Assembly: GCA_038231435.1 (NCBI GenBank) | Contig: JBBRLJ010000001.1 | Coordinates: 96,001-160,000 of the forward strand | Reading direction: 5' to 3' | Source of the DNA: Planctomycetota bacterium | GTDB lineage: Bacteria; Planctomycetota; UBA11346 | DNA: 64,000 nucleotides | Part shown: piece by piece, positions 46,607-56,778 of the stretch | How the letters are laid out: the number at the start of each line of letters is the position of its first letter | Position numbering within the stretch: the stretch's first letter is position 1 | Made by a program: the position numbers and the translations under genes | The notes under the pieces: model-generated | The model's input: the letters and a program-made list of their open reading frames with translations, nothing else | Databases searched by the model: none | Told to the model about the DNA's origin: nothing

Positions 46607-47776
46607 TCAGGGTTGACGCTCGAAATACGCCACCAGGGCCGGGTCCAGGCGAGGGATGTCCAACGGGATGCCGCCGGCTCGCAACGATTGGGTCGCCATG
46701 CATCCGGCGGCCACGCTCTGCCGCGCCGCCACGGGCGAGGTCATGGTGGCGCCGCCATCGCGCGCGAAGCGCACGAACTCGGCGACGATGCGCGGATCCG
46801 CGCCGCCGTGCGCCTCGGCGCCGCCCGCGACGATCGGGAATTCGGCATCGCCTTGCGGCTTGTACGCGCCCCGCTTATTCCAGACCCTGACCACGCAGTC
46901 GCCTGGGCAATCACCGAAGTTCTCGACCCGACCGGCGGTACCGATCACGGTGTAGTTGCGCCACGCGTCCGGGGTGAAATGGCATTGCACGTACGAACAG
47001 AAGACGCCGTTGTCGAGCTGCATCTGCATCATGCTCTGGTCCTCGACGTCCATCACCGGATTCATCCCCTTCTGCGAGAGCGGCGGCCAATTGGCATCGC
47101 TCCACGAGGCGATGCCGCGCTGCGACGGGGCATGGCGATCCGCGATCCCCCCGTACACCGTCAACCCGCCCAGCGCGTTGACACGGCTGCTGTAGCCGCC
47201 GCACAGCCAATGCAGGACATCGATGTCGTGCGCCGCCTTCTGCAGCAGCAGGCTCGTCGACTTGCGACGATCCGCGTGCCAATCCTTGAAGTACGCGTCA
47301 CCGCCGTACGAGATGAAGTGCCGGCACCAGCCGGCCTTGACCTCGCCGATCGCGCCGCTGTCGATGATCTCCTTCATCTTCTGCACGAAGCTCATGTGGC
47401 GCATGTTGTGGCCGAGGAACAGCCGCGCCTTGTGCTTGCGCGCCGTCTCCAGGATGCGATCGCAGCCGTCGACGGTGATCGCCATGGGCTTCTCGAGATA
47501 GACGGCCTTGCCCGCCTCGAGCGCCGCGACCGCGTGTTCCTCATGGCAGAAATCTGGGGTGGTGACGAAGACCGCGTCGACGTCGCGGCGCGCCAGCAAT
47601 TCGCGATAGTCGCTGGTCGTGAAGACCTCGCCATGGGTCGTGCGGAAGTGGGCGAGGGCGCCCGGGTCGAGATCCGCACCGGCGACGATCCGCCCTCCGG
47701 CGGCGACCGCGTGGGCGGCGATGCCGCCCCTGCCGCCAACTCCGATGACGCCGATCGCCAGATTTCTGGTGGCCAT
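46607..47776 (-). CDS. Gfo/Idh/MocA family oxidoreductase
   Basis: IGVIGVGGRG, DAVFVTTPD..H, YLEKPMA, GHNMRH, AAHDID. Confidence 0.92.
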   Translation of the reverse strand: MATRNLAIGVIGVGGRGGIAAHAVAAGGRIVAGADLDPGALAHFRTTHGEVFTTSDYRELLARRDVDAVFVTTPDFCHEEHAVAALEAGKAVYLEKPMAITVDGCDRILETARKHKARLFLGHNMRHMSFVQKMKEIIDSGAIGEVKAGWCRHFISYGGDAYFKDWHADRRKSTSLLLQKAAHDIDVLHWLCGGYSSRVNALGGLTVYGGIADRHAPSQRGIASWSDANWPPLSQKGMNPVMDVEDQSMMQMQLDNGVFCSYVQCHFTPDAWRNYTVIGTAGRVENFGDCPGDCVVRVWNKRGAYKPQGDAEFPIVAGGAEAHGGADPRIVAEFVRFARDGGATMTSPVAARQSVAAGCMATQSLRAGGIPLDIPRLDPALVAYFERQP

Positions 47777-48042
47777 GGTCGACTCCTTATCCCCCAGCAT
47801 CCCGCGGCGAGCACAGCCGGGCAAGGGCGACGCTCCGCGGCCGACCATGGATGCCGCCGCAGCGGGCCACGCTCCCTTGGTCGATTTGGAGCCGGGGGTA
47901 CCGGCCCGCATGTCGATAAGACCTCGCCTGTGAAACCATGAAATCATACACGAGCTTGCTGGGCGAGCTGTAAATGCCGCGCTGTGTAAGGTTTCCGGCA
48001 GATACCGTTGCGTTCACCGGCCTTCGCGGCGACTCTGACTCC

Positions 48043-48486
48043 ATGCCCGGGCTGCGCATCCTGCACGTCGACGACAATCCGGGCGACGCCAATCTCCTGT
48101 CGGAAGCGGTGTCCGAGGCAGGGGTGTCCGCGACCATCGAGACCGCGCCGAACGGCGTGCGCGCCATCGAGTATCTGCACCAATGCGCCTCCCACCCGGG
48201 ACACGCGCTTCCCGATCTGATCCTGCTCGACCTGAACATGCCGGTGATGAACGGCCTGACTTTGCTGCGCATCATCAGCAGGCACGACGACTGGCGGCGG
48301 GTTCCGGTGGCGGTTCTCAGCAGTTCGCAGCTGAACGCCGAGCAGGAGGAGGCCTTCGCGCTCGGCGCTATCGCTTATCTGATCAAGCCGCACGACTTCG
48401 TCGGCTATCTCACGCTCGCGCGCCAGTTGCCGCATTTTCCGAAGTTGGAAGGTTCCGTCCGCGCCGCGGCCGCCGTGGCGCGCTGA
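48043..48486 (+). CDS. single-domain response regulator (Rcp1/CheY-like)
   Basis: ILHVDDN, PDLILLDLNMP, VLSSS, YLIKP. Confidence 0.9.
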   Translation: MPGLRILHVDDNPGDANLLSEAVSEAGVSATIETAPNGVRAIEYLHQCASHPGHALPDLILLDLNMPVMNGLTLLRIISRHDDWRRVPVAVLSSSQLNAEQEEAFALGAIAYLIKPHDFVGYLTLARQLPHFPKLEGSVRAAAAVAR

Positions 48487-48496
48487 TCGCACCTAT

Positions 48497-48520
48497 TCAC
48501 GGGTCAACTCACGGGTCAAC
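48497..48520 (+). repeat. perfect tandem 12-bp direct repeat (TCACGGGTCAAC x2)
   Basis: Read directly from the intergenic sequence upstream of GH44. Confidence 0.8.
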
Positions 48521-48600
48521 GTCTCGGCGCCAATCCCGTAGTCATCGACCCCCTCCACGTCGGACGTCCAGCTGATATGACCTCCGGCCTCGGAGGCTCC

Positions 48601-50352
48601 ATGCCGTTACCCAGACCACCTCGATCAATCGTGCGCGCTCTCTGCATACTGCTGTCGTCCAGTGCGCTGGGCACGCTCTCGCTCCATGCCGAGGACGAGT
48701 CGATCAGCGTCCAATCGGAGATCGACCTCGCCGCCACGGGCGCGCCGATCAGCCGCTTCATCTACGGCACCGCGCAGACCGAGATCGCGAACGCCAAGCT
48801 GATGGGCCTGACCACCCGCCGACTGGGCGGGAACACCGTCAGCTCGTGGAACTGGAGGAAGGGCTTCTGGTCGAGCGGGGCTGACTGGTACTTCGTCAAC
48901 AACCCCAAGGACGAGAGCAAGGCCAAGGGCGGCAAGGACAACTGGTGGGCCGAATTCCAACGTGCCAACCGCGACGCGGCGCTCGAAGGCTACTTCACCA
49001 TCCCGATGATGGGCCGGGTCGCCAAGGACGGCACCTCGTCCGGCTTCGACATCGGCAAGTATCCCGGCCAGCAATCGTGGGAGTCGAAGGATCATCCCGG
49101 CGACCTGCATCCGAACGCCGGCAATGGCAAGCGCGTGGTGCGCGGTGCCGACGGCAAGGAGAAGACCGAGGAGCTGACGCCGGACCCCGACGACACCTCG
49201 GTCGCGATCACCCCCGACGAGCAGTGCGCCCTGCTAGAATACATGATCAAGGACCTCGGCTTCGGCACCGCCGAGCACGGAGGCGTGAAGTATATCGTGC
49301 TCGACAACGAGCCGGCGCTGTGGAACGGCACGCATCGCGCCATGCATCCCGCCGGCTGCTCGTACGACGAGCTGTGGGAGAAGACCAAGACATTCGCGAC
49401 CACGCTCAAGCGCATCGACCCGGGCGTCAAGATCGCGGGACCCGCGATGTGGGGCTGGACGGAATACTTCTGCTCCGGCCTGGATTCGCAGCTGATCGGC
49501 CAGGGCAAAGGCTCATGGGACGCGCCGCCCGACGCGAAGGCGCACGGCGGCATGCCCTTGACCAAATGGTACCTGACCCAGCTCGCCAAGGAGGAGAAGG
49601 CCTCCGGCAAACGCTTGGTCGACATCCTCGACTGGCATTTCTACCCGCAGGCCAAGACCGGCGGCAAGCCCCACGATACGCAGGGCATGGAGGACCGCGT
49701 CCAGGAGACTCGCGTGATGTGGGATCCCACCTTCAAGGACAGCTCGTGGATGGGCGCGCAGACCGGCAAGGTGCTGCGCATCATCCCGCTGATGAAGGAG
49801 TGGATCGCCGAGTGTTACCCGGGCACCAAGACGGCGATCGGCGAGTACGATTTCGGCGGCGGCCAGGACGCATCCGGCGGCGTCGCCCAGGCCGAGCTGC
49901 TGGGCGTCTTCGCGCGCGAGGGCCTCGACTTCGGCTATTACTGGTTCGCGCCAGACGCGAAGTCGTCCATCCACCTCGGATTCTGCCTGTATCGCAATCC
50001 AGATGGTGATCCCGCCGGCGCCCCGGCGGACAGCGCGGCGAAGCCCGGACGGCCGGTGGGTGATCAGTACCTGCCGTCGACGTGCAGCGCGCCCGAGGAC
50101 GTCTCGGTCCATGCCATCAAGGATGGCGCGAGCGGAAAGGTCAGCCTGATCCTCATCAACAAGCGCGGACGCAAGCCCGCGCATCTGATCATTTCGCTGA
50201 AACAGCCGCTCCCGAAGCAGCAGGCCCATGCTTGGCGTCTGGACGACGTGGATGCGAAGGCGCTGAAGCCGTCCGAGCTCGCGCTCGGGGGCGAGCGGCT
50301 GGAATTCGACCTGCCGCCCATCTCGGCCACCAGGGTCGACCTCGCGCCCTGA
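48601..50352 (+). CDS. secreted glycoside hydrolase family 44
   Basis: Signal peptide, PISRFIYG, RRLGGN..S.WNW, S.GADWYF.N, acid/base LDNEPALW..THR..HP, LDWHFYPQ, nucleophile IGEYDFGG. Confidence 0.88.
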   Translation: MPLPRPPRSIVRALCILLSSSALGTLSLHAEDESISVQSEIDLAATGAPISRFIYGTAQTEIANAKLMGLTTRRLGGNTVSSWNWRKGFWSSGADWYFVNNPKDESKAKGGKDNWWAEFQRANRDAALEGYFTIPMMGRVAKDGTSSGFDIGKYPGQQSWESKDHPGDLHPNAGNGKRVVRGADGKEKTEELTPDPDDTSVAITPDEQCALLEYMIKDLGFGTAEHGGVKYIVLDNEPALWNGTHRAMHPAGCSYDELWEKTKTFATTLKRIDPGVKIAGPAMWGWTEYFCSGLDSQLIGQGKGSWDAPPDAKAHGGMPLTKWYLTQLAKEEKASGKRLVDILDWHFYPQAKTGGKPHDTQGMEDRVQETRVMWDPTFKDSSWMGAQTGKVLRIIPLMKEWIAECYPGTKTAIGEYDFGGGQDASGGVAQAELLGVFAREGLDFGYYWFAPDAKSSIHLGFCLYRNPDGDPAGAPADSAAKPGRPVGDQYLPSTCSAPEDVSVHAIKDGASGKVSLILINKRGRKPAHLIISLKQPLPKQQAHAWRLDDVDAKALKPSELALGGERLEFDLPPISATRVDLAP

Positions 50353-50434
50353 CTCCCCTCCGGGCTTCCTGGTCCGGCGCGCTGCAACACGTGGTTTTTC
50401 TCTCCGCCGCGTATGCTGTCGGTCGAGGACACCC

Positions 50435-50782
50435 ATGGCCATCGACGAGAAGATCCTGGCCCTGCTCGAGCGCAGGGGCTATCAGGTCACCGACGCGGTA
50501 CGCGAGGCGCTCGACGAGTTCATCGCCGCCGCAGAGGACGCCAGCGTCCGCATCGATGTGAACGATGTCGACGAAGACGAACCGGGCGGCGACGACGACG
50601 ACCTCGCCACCACCAAGCAGATCGCCTGCCCGCACTGCGGCGAGGACATCGCCATTAGCATCGATCTCAGCGGCGAGGACCAGGATACTGTCCAGGACTG
50701 CCAGGTGTGCTGCAGCCCGATCCGGGTCACGTACACGGTGGTCGACGGTCGGATGGGCGCGTTCTCGGCTGAGGCGAGCTGA
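50435..50782 (+). CDS. CPXCG-motif cysteine-rich protein with N-terminal extension
   Basis: IACPHCGE...QDCQVCCSPI; acidic linker. Confidence 0.85.
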   Translation: MAIDEKILALLERRGYQVTDAVREALDEFIAAAEDASVRIDVNDVDEDEPGGDDDDLATTKQIACPHCGEDIAISIDLSGEDQDTVQDCQVCCSPIRVTYTVVDGRMGAFSAEAS

Positions 50783-50790
50783 TTCATTTC

Positions 50791-50946
50791 AGGGGCTTCG
50801 CCCCTACGGGCCTGCGGCCCTACCCCTCGGGCTTTGTCGGGGCTCGATGTCGCCGGAGGCCAGCGAAATCGTGGGCGGATGGGCGGCGCGCCCATTGTAT
50901 CCGCCCACCGCCACTCGGCGCCCGCCCCGTTGCGGAGCAACGGGGC
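50791..50946. other. cluster of GC-rich hairpins between convergent genes
   Basis: AGGGGC-TTC-GCCCCT; GGGCC-TGC-GGCCC; GTGGGCGGAT/ATCCGCCCAC; GCCCCGTTGC-GGA-GCAACGGGGC. Confidence 0.6.
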
Positions 50947-50969
50947 CCCCGAAGAGATTGTTCACAGTG

Positions 50970-53693
50970 CTACTTCGCGGAGGCGGACTTGGCGGAGGTG
51001 GTGGCGGCGGTGGTCGAGAAGGCGGCGGTGAAGACATAGGTGCCGGCGCCGGTCTCGATGACGGCGTAGCCAGGTTCGTGGCGGGCGGGAGTCGGCCAGG
51101 GCTTGCCGGCTTCGCGCAGGGATGCGGTGTCGGAGGTCGGGATCCAGATCTCGGCGCTGGTGTTCGGGGGCACGGTCACCACGAGCGTGAGCGCGCCCTG
51201 GGCGTGCGTCCACGAGCTGCGGATCTCGCCGTGGATGCAGCGGTGGGTCGCCTCGGCCCTGGTGAGGCCGCCGCCGATGCGGGGGCGGATGCGCATGCGC
51301 TTGAAGCCGGGCTCGAGCAGGTCGATGCCGGCGACGTCAGAAAACAGCCACTCGCCGCACGCGCCGTAGGCGTAATGGCTGTAGGAGTTCATGCCGGGAT
51401 CGGCGGGGCCCTCCTCCTTCTTCCAGCCGTTCCAGCGTTCCCAGATGGTGGTCGCGCCCTGGGTGATCGGATAGAGCCACGACGGGTAGGTGGTGGTGTT
51501 GAGCAGTCGGTAGGCGACATCGGTGCGGCCATTGGCGCTGAGCACCGGCAGCAGGTACGGCAGACCGACGAATCCGGTGGACAGGTGCCAGTCGCGCGCG
51601 GCGATGCATGCCACCAGCTTCTCGACCGCTGCGGCGCGCAGCGCGGCCGGCACCAGATCGAAATGCAGCGCGAGCAGGTAGATGGTCTGCGTCTCGTCGT
51701 CCGTGCGCTTGCCGAGGATCGTGCCATCGGCCTTCACGAACTCGCGCTGGAACGCCTTCTTCACCTTCTCGTGCAGCTCGCGGAAGCGCGTCGCCTCGGC
51801 CTGCTTGCCCAGCACCTCGGCCGCCTCGGCGACGAGCTTGGCGCCGTGCGCGTAGAACGCCGTCATGATCACTTCGGGCGGAGTCCAGCAGTCGACCTGC
51901 AGCCAGTCGCCGAAGACGATGAACTGCTTGTCGCGGTGGTAGCGGATGTTGATGCCCTCGATCGCGGTGCGGTCGCAGTACTCGACCCACTTCACCATCG
52001 CCGGGAACATCGCCGCCAGGATGTCCTTGTCGGCGTAGCAGCGCCACATGGTGAGCGGGCATATGGTACCAGCGTCGGCCCACGCGGCGTCGCCGCGCTC
52101 GAGTCCCCACACGCCGCCAAGGCCGGGGACCTGCGGGGCGATGTTCGGGAATGTGCCGTCGGCGTTCTGCGCGTCGCGCAGGTCCTGCAGCCATTTGGTG
52201 AAGAACGCGGCGATGTCGCGACTGCAGATCGCGGTGCGGATGTAGGCCTGGGCGTCGCCCGTCCAGCCGAGGCGCTCGTCGCGCTGCGGGCAGTCGGTCG
52301 GCACTTCGAGGTAGTTCGCCCGCTGGGTGCGGACGATGTTGCCATACAGCTTGTCGATCATCGGATCCGAGCAGGTGAACGATCCGGCGGCGGGACAGTC
52401 GCTGCCGAGCACGATGCCGGTGATGGCGTCCAGCGGTGGTTCGCCGGGCCAACCGGCCACCTCGACGTATTGGAAGCCGTGGAAGGTGAAGCGCGGTTCC
52501 CAGATCTCCTCGCCGGTGCCCGCCGCGGTGAAGACGTCGATGCTGGTGGCGGTGCGCAAGTTGTCGACGTAGAGCTGACGATCGGGTGTCACCATCTCGC
52601 CGTGGCGCAGGCGGATGGTGGTGCCCGCAGGTGCGCGCAGGCGGATGCGCACGCGGCCGGCGATGTTCTCGCCGAGATCGAAGATCCAGGATCCCGGGCG
52701 CGCCTGCCAGCGCGCGACTGGTTTGACCTCGGACAGGCGGCGCACCGGCGGCCCTTGGTGAGCCTGGAGGATCGGCGCGTCTCCGATCGCGGTGGCGTTG
52801 ACCTTGTGCCAGCCCTTCGCGTCGAAACCGGCGCGGTCCCAGCCTATCGGCTCGGCTCCGCCATCGTACAGCTCGCCCTTGAGGAAGGTTGATGACAGCA
52901 CCGGACTGTTTGCGGTGCGCCACTGGTCATCGCTGACGATCCAGGTGACGGTGCCATCGGCGTGCTCCAGGCGCAGCAGCATCAGCAACTCGCAGCGGCC
53001 ACCCCAGATGTGGGCCTTGCCCTCCCATCCGACCGGTCCCTTGTACCAGCCGTCGTTGATCTGGGCCGACAGCACCCGCTCACCGGCTGCTCCAGAGTCG
53101 TTGACGAGTGCAGTGACGTCATGGCAACGATACAGGAGCCGCTTCGCGTAATCGGTCCAGCCGGGCGCGAACTGCTCGTCGCTGACCGGGCGTCCGTTGA
53201 TCCACGCCAGGAAGATGCCACGCGCCGTCGCATAGAGGCGAGCGTCCGTGACCGGCTTGTCCAGGCTGAACGAGCGGCGGAAGTACGGGCTGTTGCTCGA
53301 CACCTGGGCCGGGCTGTGGATCCACTGCCCGCGCCACTCCTCGCGCTTCAGGATGCCCATGGCCCAGCCGGCGACCGCGCTCCACGGCGAGGCGACGCCC
53401 GTCTCGTCCCACACCTGCACGCGCCAGGCGGCGCGTTGAAAGCTGGCGAGCGGCGTACCCGCGTAGTGGATGTGCGCCGATGCGTCAGACTCGATCCGAC
53501 CAGAATCCCAGAGCAGGGAACGCCCGGCGAGCAGATCGGCACCGGTCTTGGCCACTACCACGCGATAGGCCGTCTGGCGCGCGCCGCGCGCCGCGCTGTC
53601 CGAGCGCCACGACAACCGCGGGTCCGGACGCTCGATGGCGAGCGGGTGCTCCAGGTATTCGCAAGCGAGGGCGACGGGGGTCAGCGAGCTCAT
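50970..53693 (-). CDS. alpha-L-rhamnosidase (GH78), no signal peptide seen
   Basis: CEYLEHPL..PRLSW, PGWTDY, FDLGEN, PRFTFHGFQY, PTDCPQRDERLGWTGD, GATTIWERW, MNSYSHYAYG. Confidence 0.93.
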   Translation of the reverse strand: MSSLTPVALACEYLEHPLAIERPDPRLSWRSDSAARGARQTAYRVVVAKTGADLLAGRSLLWDSGRIESDASAHIHYAGTPLASFQRAAWRVQVWDETGVASPWSAVAGWAMGILKREEWRGQWIHSPAQVSSNSPYFRRSFSLDKPVTDARLYATARGIFLAWINGRPVSDEQFAPGWTDYAKRLLYRCHDVTALVNDSGAAGERVLSAQINDGWYKGPVGWEGKAHIWGGRCELLMLLRLEHADGTVTWIVSDDQWRTANSPVLSSTFLKGELYDGGAEPIGWDRAGFDAKGWHKVNATAIGDAPILQAHQGPPVRRLSEVKPVARWQARPGSWIFDLGENIAGRVRIRLRAPAGTTIRLRHGEMVTPDRQLYVDNLRTATSIDVFTAAGTGEEIWEPRFTFHGFQYVEVAGWPGEPPLDAITGIVLGSDCPAAGSFTCSDPMIDKLYGNIVRTQRANYLEVPTDCPQRDERLGWTGDAQAYIRTAICSRDIAAFFTKWLQDLRDAQNADGTFPNIAPQVPGLGGVWGLERGDAAWADAGTICPLTMWRCYADKDILAAMFPAMVKWVEYCDRTAIEGINIRYHRDKQFIVFGDWLQVDCWTPPEVIMTAFYAHGAKLVAEAAEVLGKQAEATRFRELHEKVKKAFQREFVKADGTILGKRTDDETQTIYLLALHFDLVPAALRAAAVEKLVACIAARDWHLSTGFVGLPYLLPVLSANGRTDVAYRLLNTTTYPSWLYPITQGATTIWERWNGWKKEEGPADPGMNSYSHYAYGACGEWLFSDVAGIDLLEPGFKRMRIRPRIGGGLTRAEATHRCIHGEIRSSWTHAQGALTLVVTVPPNTSAEIWIPTSDTASLREAGKPWPTPARHEPGYAVIETGAGTYVFTAAFSTTAATTSAKSASAK

Positions 53694-53773
53694 GGCGTCT
53701 CCAGTGCTGGCAGACTACGTGGCGGGTCTTGACTTTGGCGCCACCGACCGCGACGAATTAGCACGAAAACGTC

Positions 53774-54652
53774 ATGAAGACCGTCAACCTCATTGGCCCC
53801 GCGACCTTCCCCATCGCCCTACGGCGCATGGATCCGCAGGATGACATGGCACTGCACAGCCACGACAACATCGAACTGGTGGTGATCATCGGCGGTTCTG
53901 GTCGCCACCGCACCCGCGATGGCCGGTACGCCCTCGCGCGCGGCGATGTCTTCGTCGTGCCAGTGGGCATGCCCCACGGCTACGAGCGCGTCGATGGTCT
54001 GCGCCTGGTGAACCTGGTCTTCGATCCGGTGCGTGCCGAACTGCCTCTGGGCCGCCTCGCGTCGCTGCCCGGCTACCACGCCCTGGTCAGCCTCGAGCCT
54101 GGCCTGCGTCGCCATCACGACTTCTCGGGCCACCTGCGCCTCGACGAACCAGCGCTGGCGTGGCTCGAGCGCGCGCTCGACGACCTGGAGGCAGAGCTCG
54201 CGTCGCGCACGCCCGCCTGGGACCAGGCCTCGTGCGCCTGGCTGCTGCAGATCCTCATCCGCCTGGCGCGTCTCTACGCCGACCACGATGCTCCGGCCTC
54301 TCGACTGGTGGTGCGGCTCGGCGCGGTGCTGGCGCATCTCGAGACCCATCTCGACCAGGACCTCGACCTCGATCGCCTGGGCAGGATCGGCGGCATGTCC
54401 AAGAGCACCCTGCAACGCTGCTTCCGCGCGCTCTACGGCGTGCCGGTGAAGCGCCACGTCACCGATCTGCGCCTGCGCGTCGCGCGCGACCTGCTCGCCA
54501 GCGGCCTGCCGGTGGCCGAGGTCGGCCGACGCGTCGGGATCCACGACGCCAACTACTTCTCGCGCGTCTTCCGCCGCGGCGTGGGCACCACTGCGGGGAG
54601 TTTCCGCGCGCGCGCACGCTCCACCTCCACCTCCATTCAGACGGCGAAATAA
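53774..54652 (+). CDS. AraC family regulator (RhaR/RhaS-like)
   Basis: HSHDNIELV cupin, GDVFVV..HGY, C-terminal VGIHDANYFSRVFRR; divergent from GH78. Confidence 0.9.
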   Translation: MKTVNLIGPATFPIALRRMDPQDDMALHSHDNIELVVIIGGSGRHRTRDGRYALARGDVFVVPVGMPHGYERVDGLRLVNLVFDPVRAELPLGRLASLPGYHALVSLEPGLRRHHDFSGHLRLDEPALAWLERALDDLEAELASRTPAWDQASCAWLLQILIRLARLYADHDAPASRLVVRLGAVLAHLETHLDQDLDLDRLGRIGGMSKSTLQRCFRALYGVPVKRHVTDLRLRVARDLLASGLPVAEVGRRVGIHDANYFSRVFRRGVGTTAGSFRARARSTSTSIQTAK

Positions 54653-55560
54653 CGCATCTCGATCGCCGGCGCGAACACGTGCCGCGAGATCGGCAGGCTG
54701 GTGTTGCCCTCGGGCGCCGACGGATCGTGATTGAGCTTGGCCTTCGACGGTGGATGGCCGAACAGGCGCCGGTAGCACCGGCTGAAGTACAGGGGATCGG
54801 GAAAGCCGCACGACCGCGCCGCCTCCTTGGCGCTCGCCCCCTCCTGCAGCATGCGCCGTCCCTTCCACAACCGCCGTTGCAGCAGGTACTGCTTCGGCGT
54901 ATTTCCGGTATAGCGGCGGAAGGTGCGGATGAATGCCTCGGTGCCCAGGCCGAACTCGCGTGCCAGCTCCGAGATGCGCGGCATGCGCGGTTCGTCCTCC
55001 AACCGCGCGATCAGTTTCTCCCAAGGATTCAGCCGCAGGGTGCGCGCGCGTCGGCGATGGAACGCGGCCTCGCAGGCGAGGCGCTGGATGTCGAGCACCG
55101 CGGCAGCCGATTCCAGCCGCCACGTCGGAGACGCCTGCAGCAGTGATTGGATCACCCGATCCCACAACGCGATCAGCGCGCCCATGCGCTCGCCCACCGC
55201 TACGCGATGCGGCAATGCGCCGAGTTCCGGCAGCACCGGTACGCCGTCCGCGAGCGCGTCGAGACCCGCATGCCAATGCAGCTGGTAGAAGGACAGGGGC
55301 CCGGATCGGTCGACCTCGTATTGGTTCACCCCTGGGCCGAACCATACCAGGTCGCCCGGACCGGCGATGCCAGCGCCGCCCTCGGGGAATGCGAAGTGCA
55401 TCGCGCCACCGGTGACCAGGCAGTAATGGAGTCCACGCACGCGGTAGCGGGGCGCGATCGGCGGCTGACTGACATAGAAACCCGCCATCAGCACCTGCGG
55501 GGCCAGGCGCTCGGGAGGGATATGTGGCCAAGGGAGCTCGGGCAGCGATTGCGGTGCCAT
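54637..55560 (-). CDS. AraC family regulator
   Basis: LAREFGL..FIRTFRRYTGNTP.QY, CGFPDPLYFSRCYRRLFGHPPS. Confidence 0.9.
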   Translation of the reverse strand: MAPQSLPELPWPHIPPERLAPQVLMAGFYVSQPPIAPRYRVRGLHYCLVTGGAMHFAFPEGGAGIAGPGDLVWFGPGVNQYEVDRSGPLSFYQLHWHAGLDALADGVPVLPELGALPHRVAVGERMGALIALWDRVIQSLLQASPTWRLESAAAVLDIQRLACEAAFHRRRARTLRLNPWEKLIARLEDEPRMPRISELAREFGLGTEAFIRTFRRYTGNTPKQYLLQRRLWKGRRMLQEGASAKEAARSCGFPDPLYFSRCYRRLFGHPPSKAKLNHDPSAPEGNTSLPISRHVFAPAIEMRYFAV

Positions 55561-55588
55561 CAGCGTCTGGCTCCGGCTACGAGGTCAG

Positions 55589-55665
55589 GGCCAATTTCAT
55601 CCATGCCGGAGTCACGATATTCCATACCACATCTGTTGGAAGAGCGAAATGCCCCGGCATATAAT
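55589..55665 (+). promoter_or_regulatory. AraC-type tandem half-sites plus sigma70 promoter (TTGGAA-N18-TATAAT)
   Basis: 17-bp half-sites GGCCAATTTCATCCATG (55589-55605) and AGTCACGATATTCCATA (55610-55626), 21-bp period; TATAAT at 55660-55665. Confidence 0.55.
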
Positions 55666-55734
55666 GGATCCAGCGCAGCGACAGACCCCCTCGGACCAGC
55701 CCAGACTTCCTCACATGGATGAAAGAGAGATGCC

Positions 55735-56775
55735 GTGAGCACCCCAGCCAGCCAGCAAGCCACCGCGCCGACGCCCCAGACCTCGGCCAAGGCCGCCGCG
55801 GTGGTCTTCGACCAGGAACGCCGCGCGAGCATGCGCGACATCGTGATGCCGCCACCGGCGCGCGACCAGGTGCGTGTGCGCACCGAGTTCTCGTCCATCA
55901 GCTCCGGCACCGAGGGCTGGGCGTTCAAGAACGAGTTCTCGTGGAGCGCCACTTCCTTCCCGTGCGTCCCCGGCTACCAGCGCGTCGGCACCATCACCGC
56001 GCTCGGAGAGAACGTCACCGGCTGGGCGATCGGCGATCGGGTGATGGCCACGACCGGCGTATGGTCTGGCGACGTCACTCCCTTCTGGGGCTCGCACGTG
56101 GCCGAAGCCAACACCTGGGCCGGCGAACTGTGGCGCCTGCCAGCGGGAGTCGATGCGGTCGATGCGTCGGGCCTGGTAGTGGCGCAGGTCGGTTTCAACG
56201 CGGCATCGAGGCTCGATCTGGCCGCCGGCGACTGGGTCGCGGTGTACGGCGACGGCATGATCGGGCAGTGCGCGGCGCAGGCGGCGCGGGCGCGCGGCGC
56301 GCGGGTGGTGCTCATCGGCCACCGCGACGAGCGCGTGGCGCTCGCGGCCAAGCACAGCGCGGACTTCGCGGTGAACGCCAAGACCAGCGACGCCGCGGCA
56401 TTCGTCCATGACCTCACTGGCGGCAAGCCGGTGCGCGGCGTGCTCGACACCATCCAGTCCGAGACGGTCCAACGCGCCTACATGCCGCTGCTCGAGTACG
56501 CACGCGGCCAGATCGTGTACTCGGGATTCACCCCCGGCACCACCTGGGCGGACATGGCCGAACTGCAGAAGCGCGAGCTCACCACGCATTATGTCGCCGG
56601 CTGGACGCGTCCGCGCATGGACGCGACCCTGGCGCTTATGGCCGCGGGCAAGATGCGTCTGCGCCCGCTCATCACCCATCTGGTGCCGCACACCCGCGGC
56701 GCCGACATGTACCGCATGATCCTCGATAAAACCGAACCATTCGTGGGCATCGCCCTCGACTGGGCCAGGAGCTGA
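55735..56775 (+). CDS. MDR-family (alcohol dehydrogenase fold) oxidoreductase lacking canonical Zn ligands
   Basis: SSISSGTE, FPCVPGYQRVG (no GHE), VYGDGMIG, RPLITH. Confidence 0.85.
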   Translation: MSTPASQQATAPTPQTSAKAAAVVFDQERRASMRDIVMPPPARDQVRVRTEFSSISSGTEGWAFKNEFSWSATSFPCVPGYQRVGTITALGENVTGWAIGDRVMATTGVWSGDVTPFWGSHVAEANTWAGELWRLPAGVDAVDASGLVVAQVGFNAASRLDLAAGDWVAVYGDGMIGQCAAQAARARGARVVLIGHRDERVALAAKHSADFAVNAKTSDAAAFVHDLTGGKPVRGVLDTIQSETVQRAYMPLLEYARGQIVYSGFTPGTTWADMAELQKRELTTHYVAGWTRPRMDATLALMAAGKMRLRPLITHLVPHTRGADMYRMILDKTEPFVGIALDWARS

Positions 56776-56778
56776 ACC

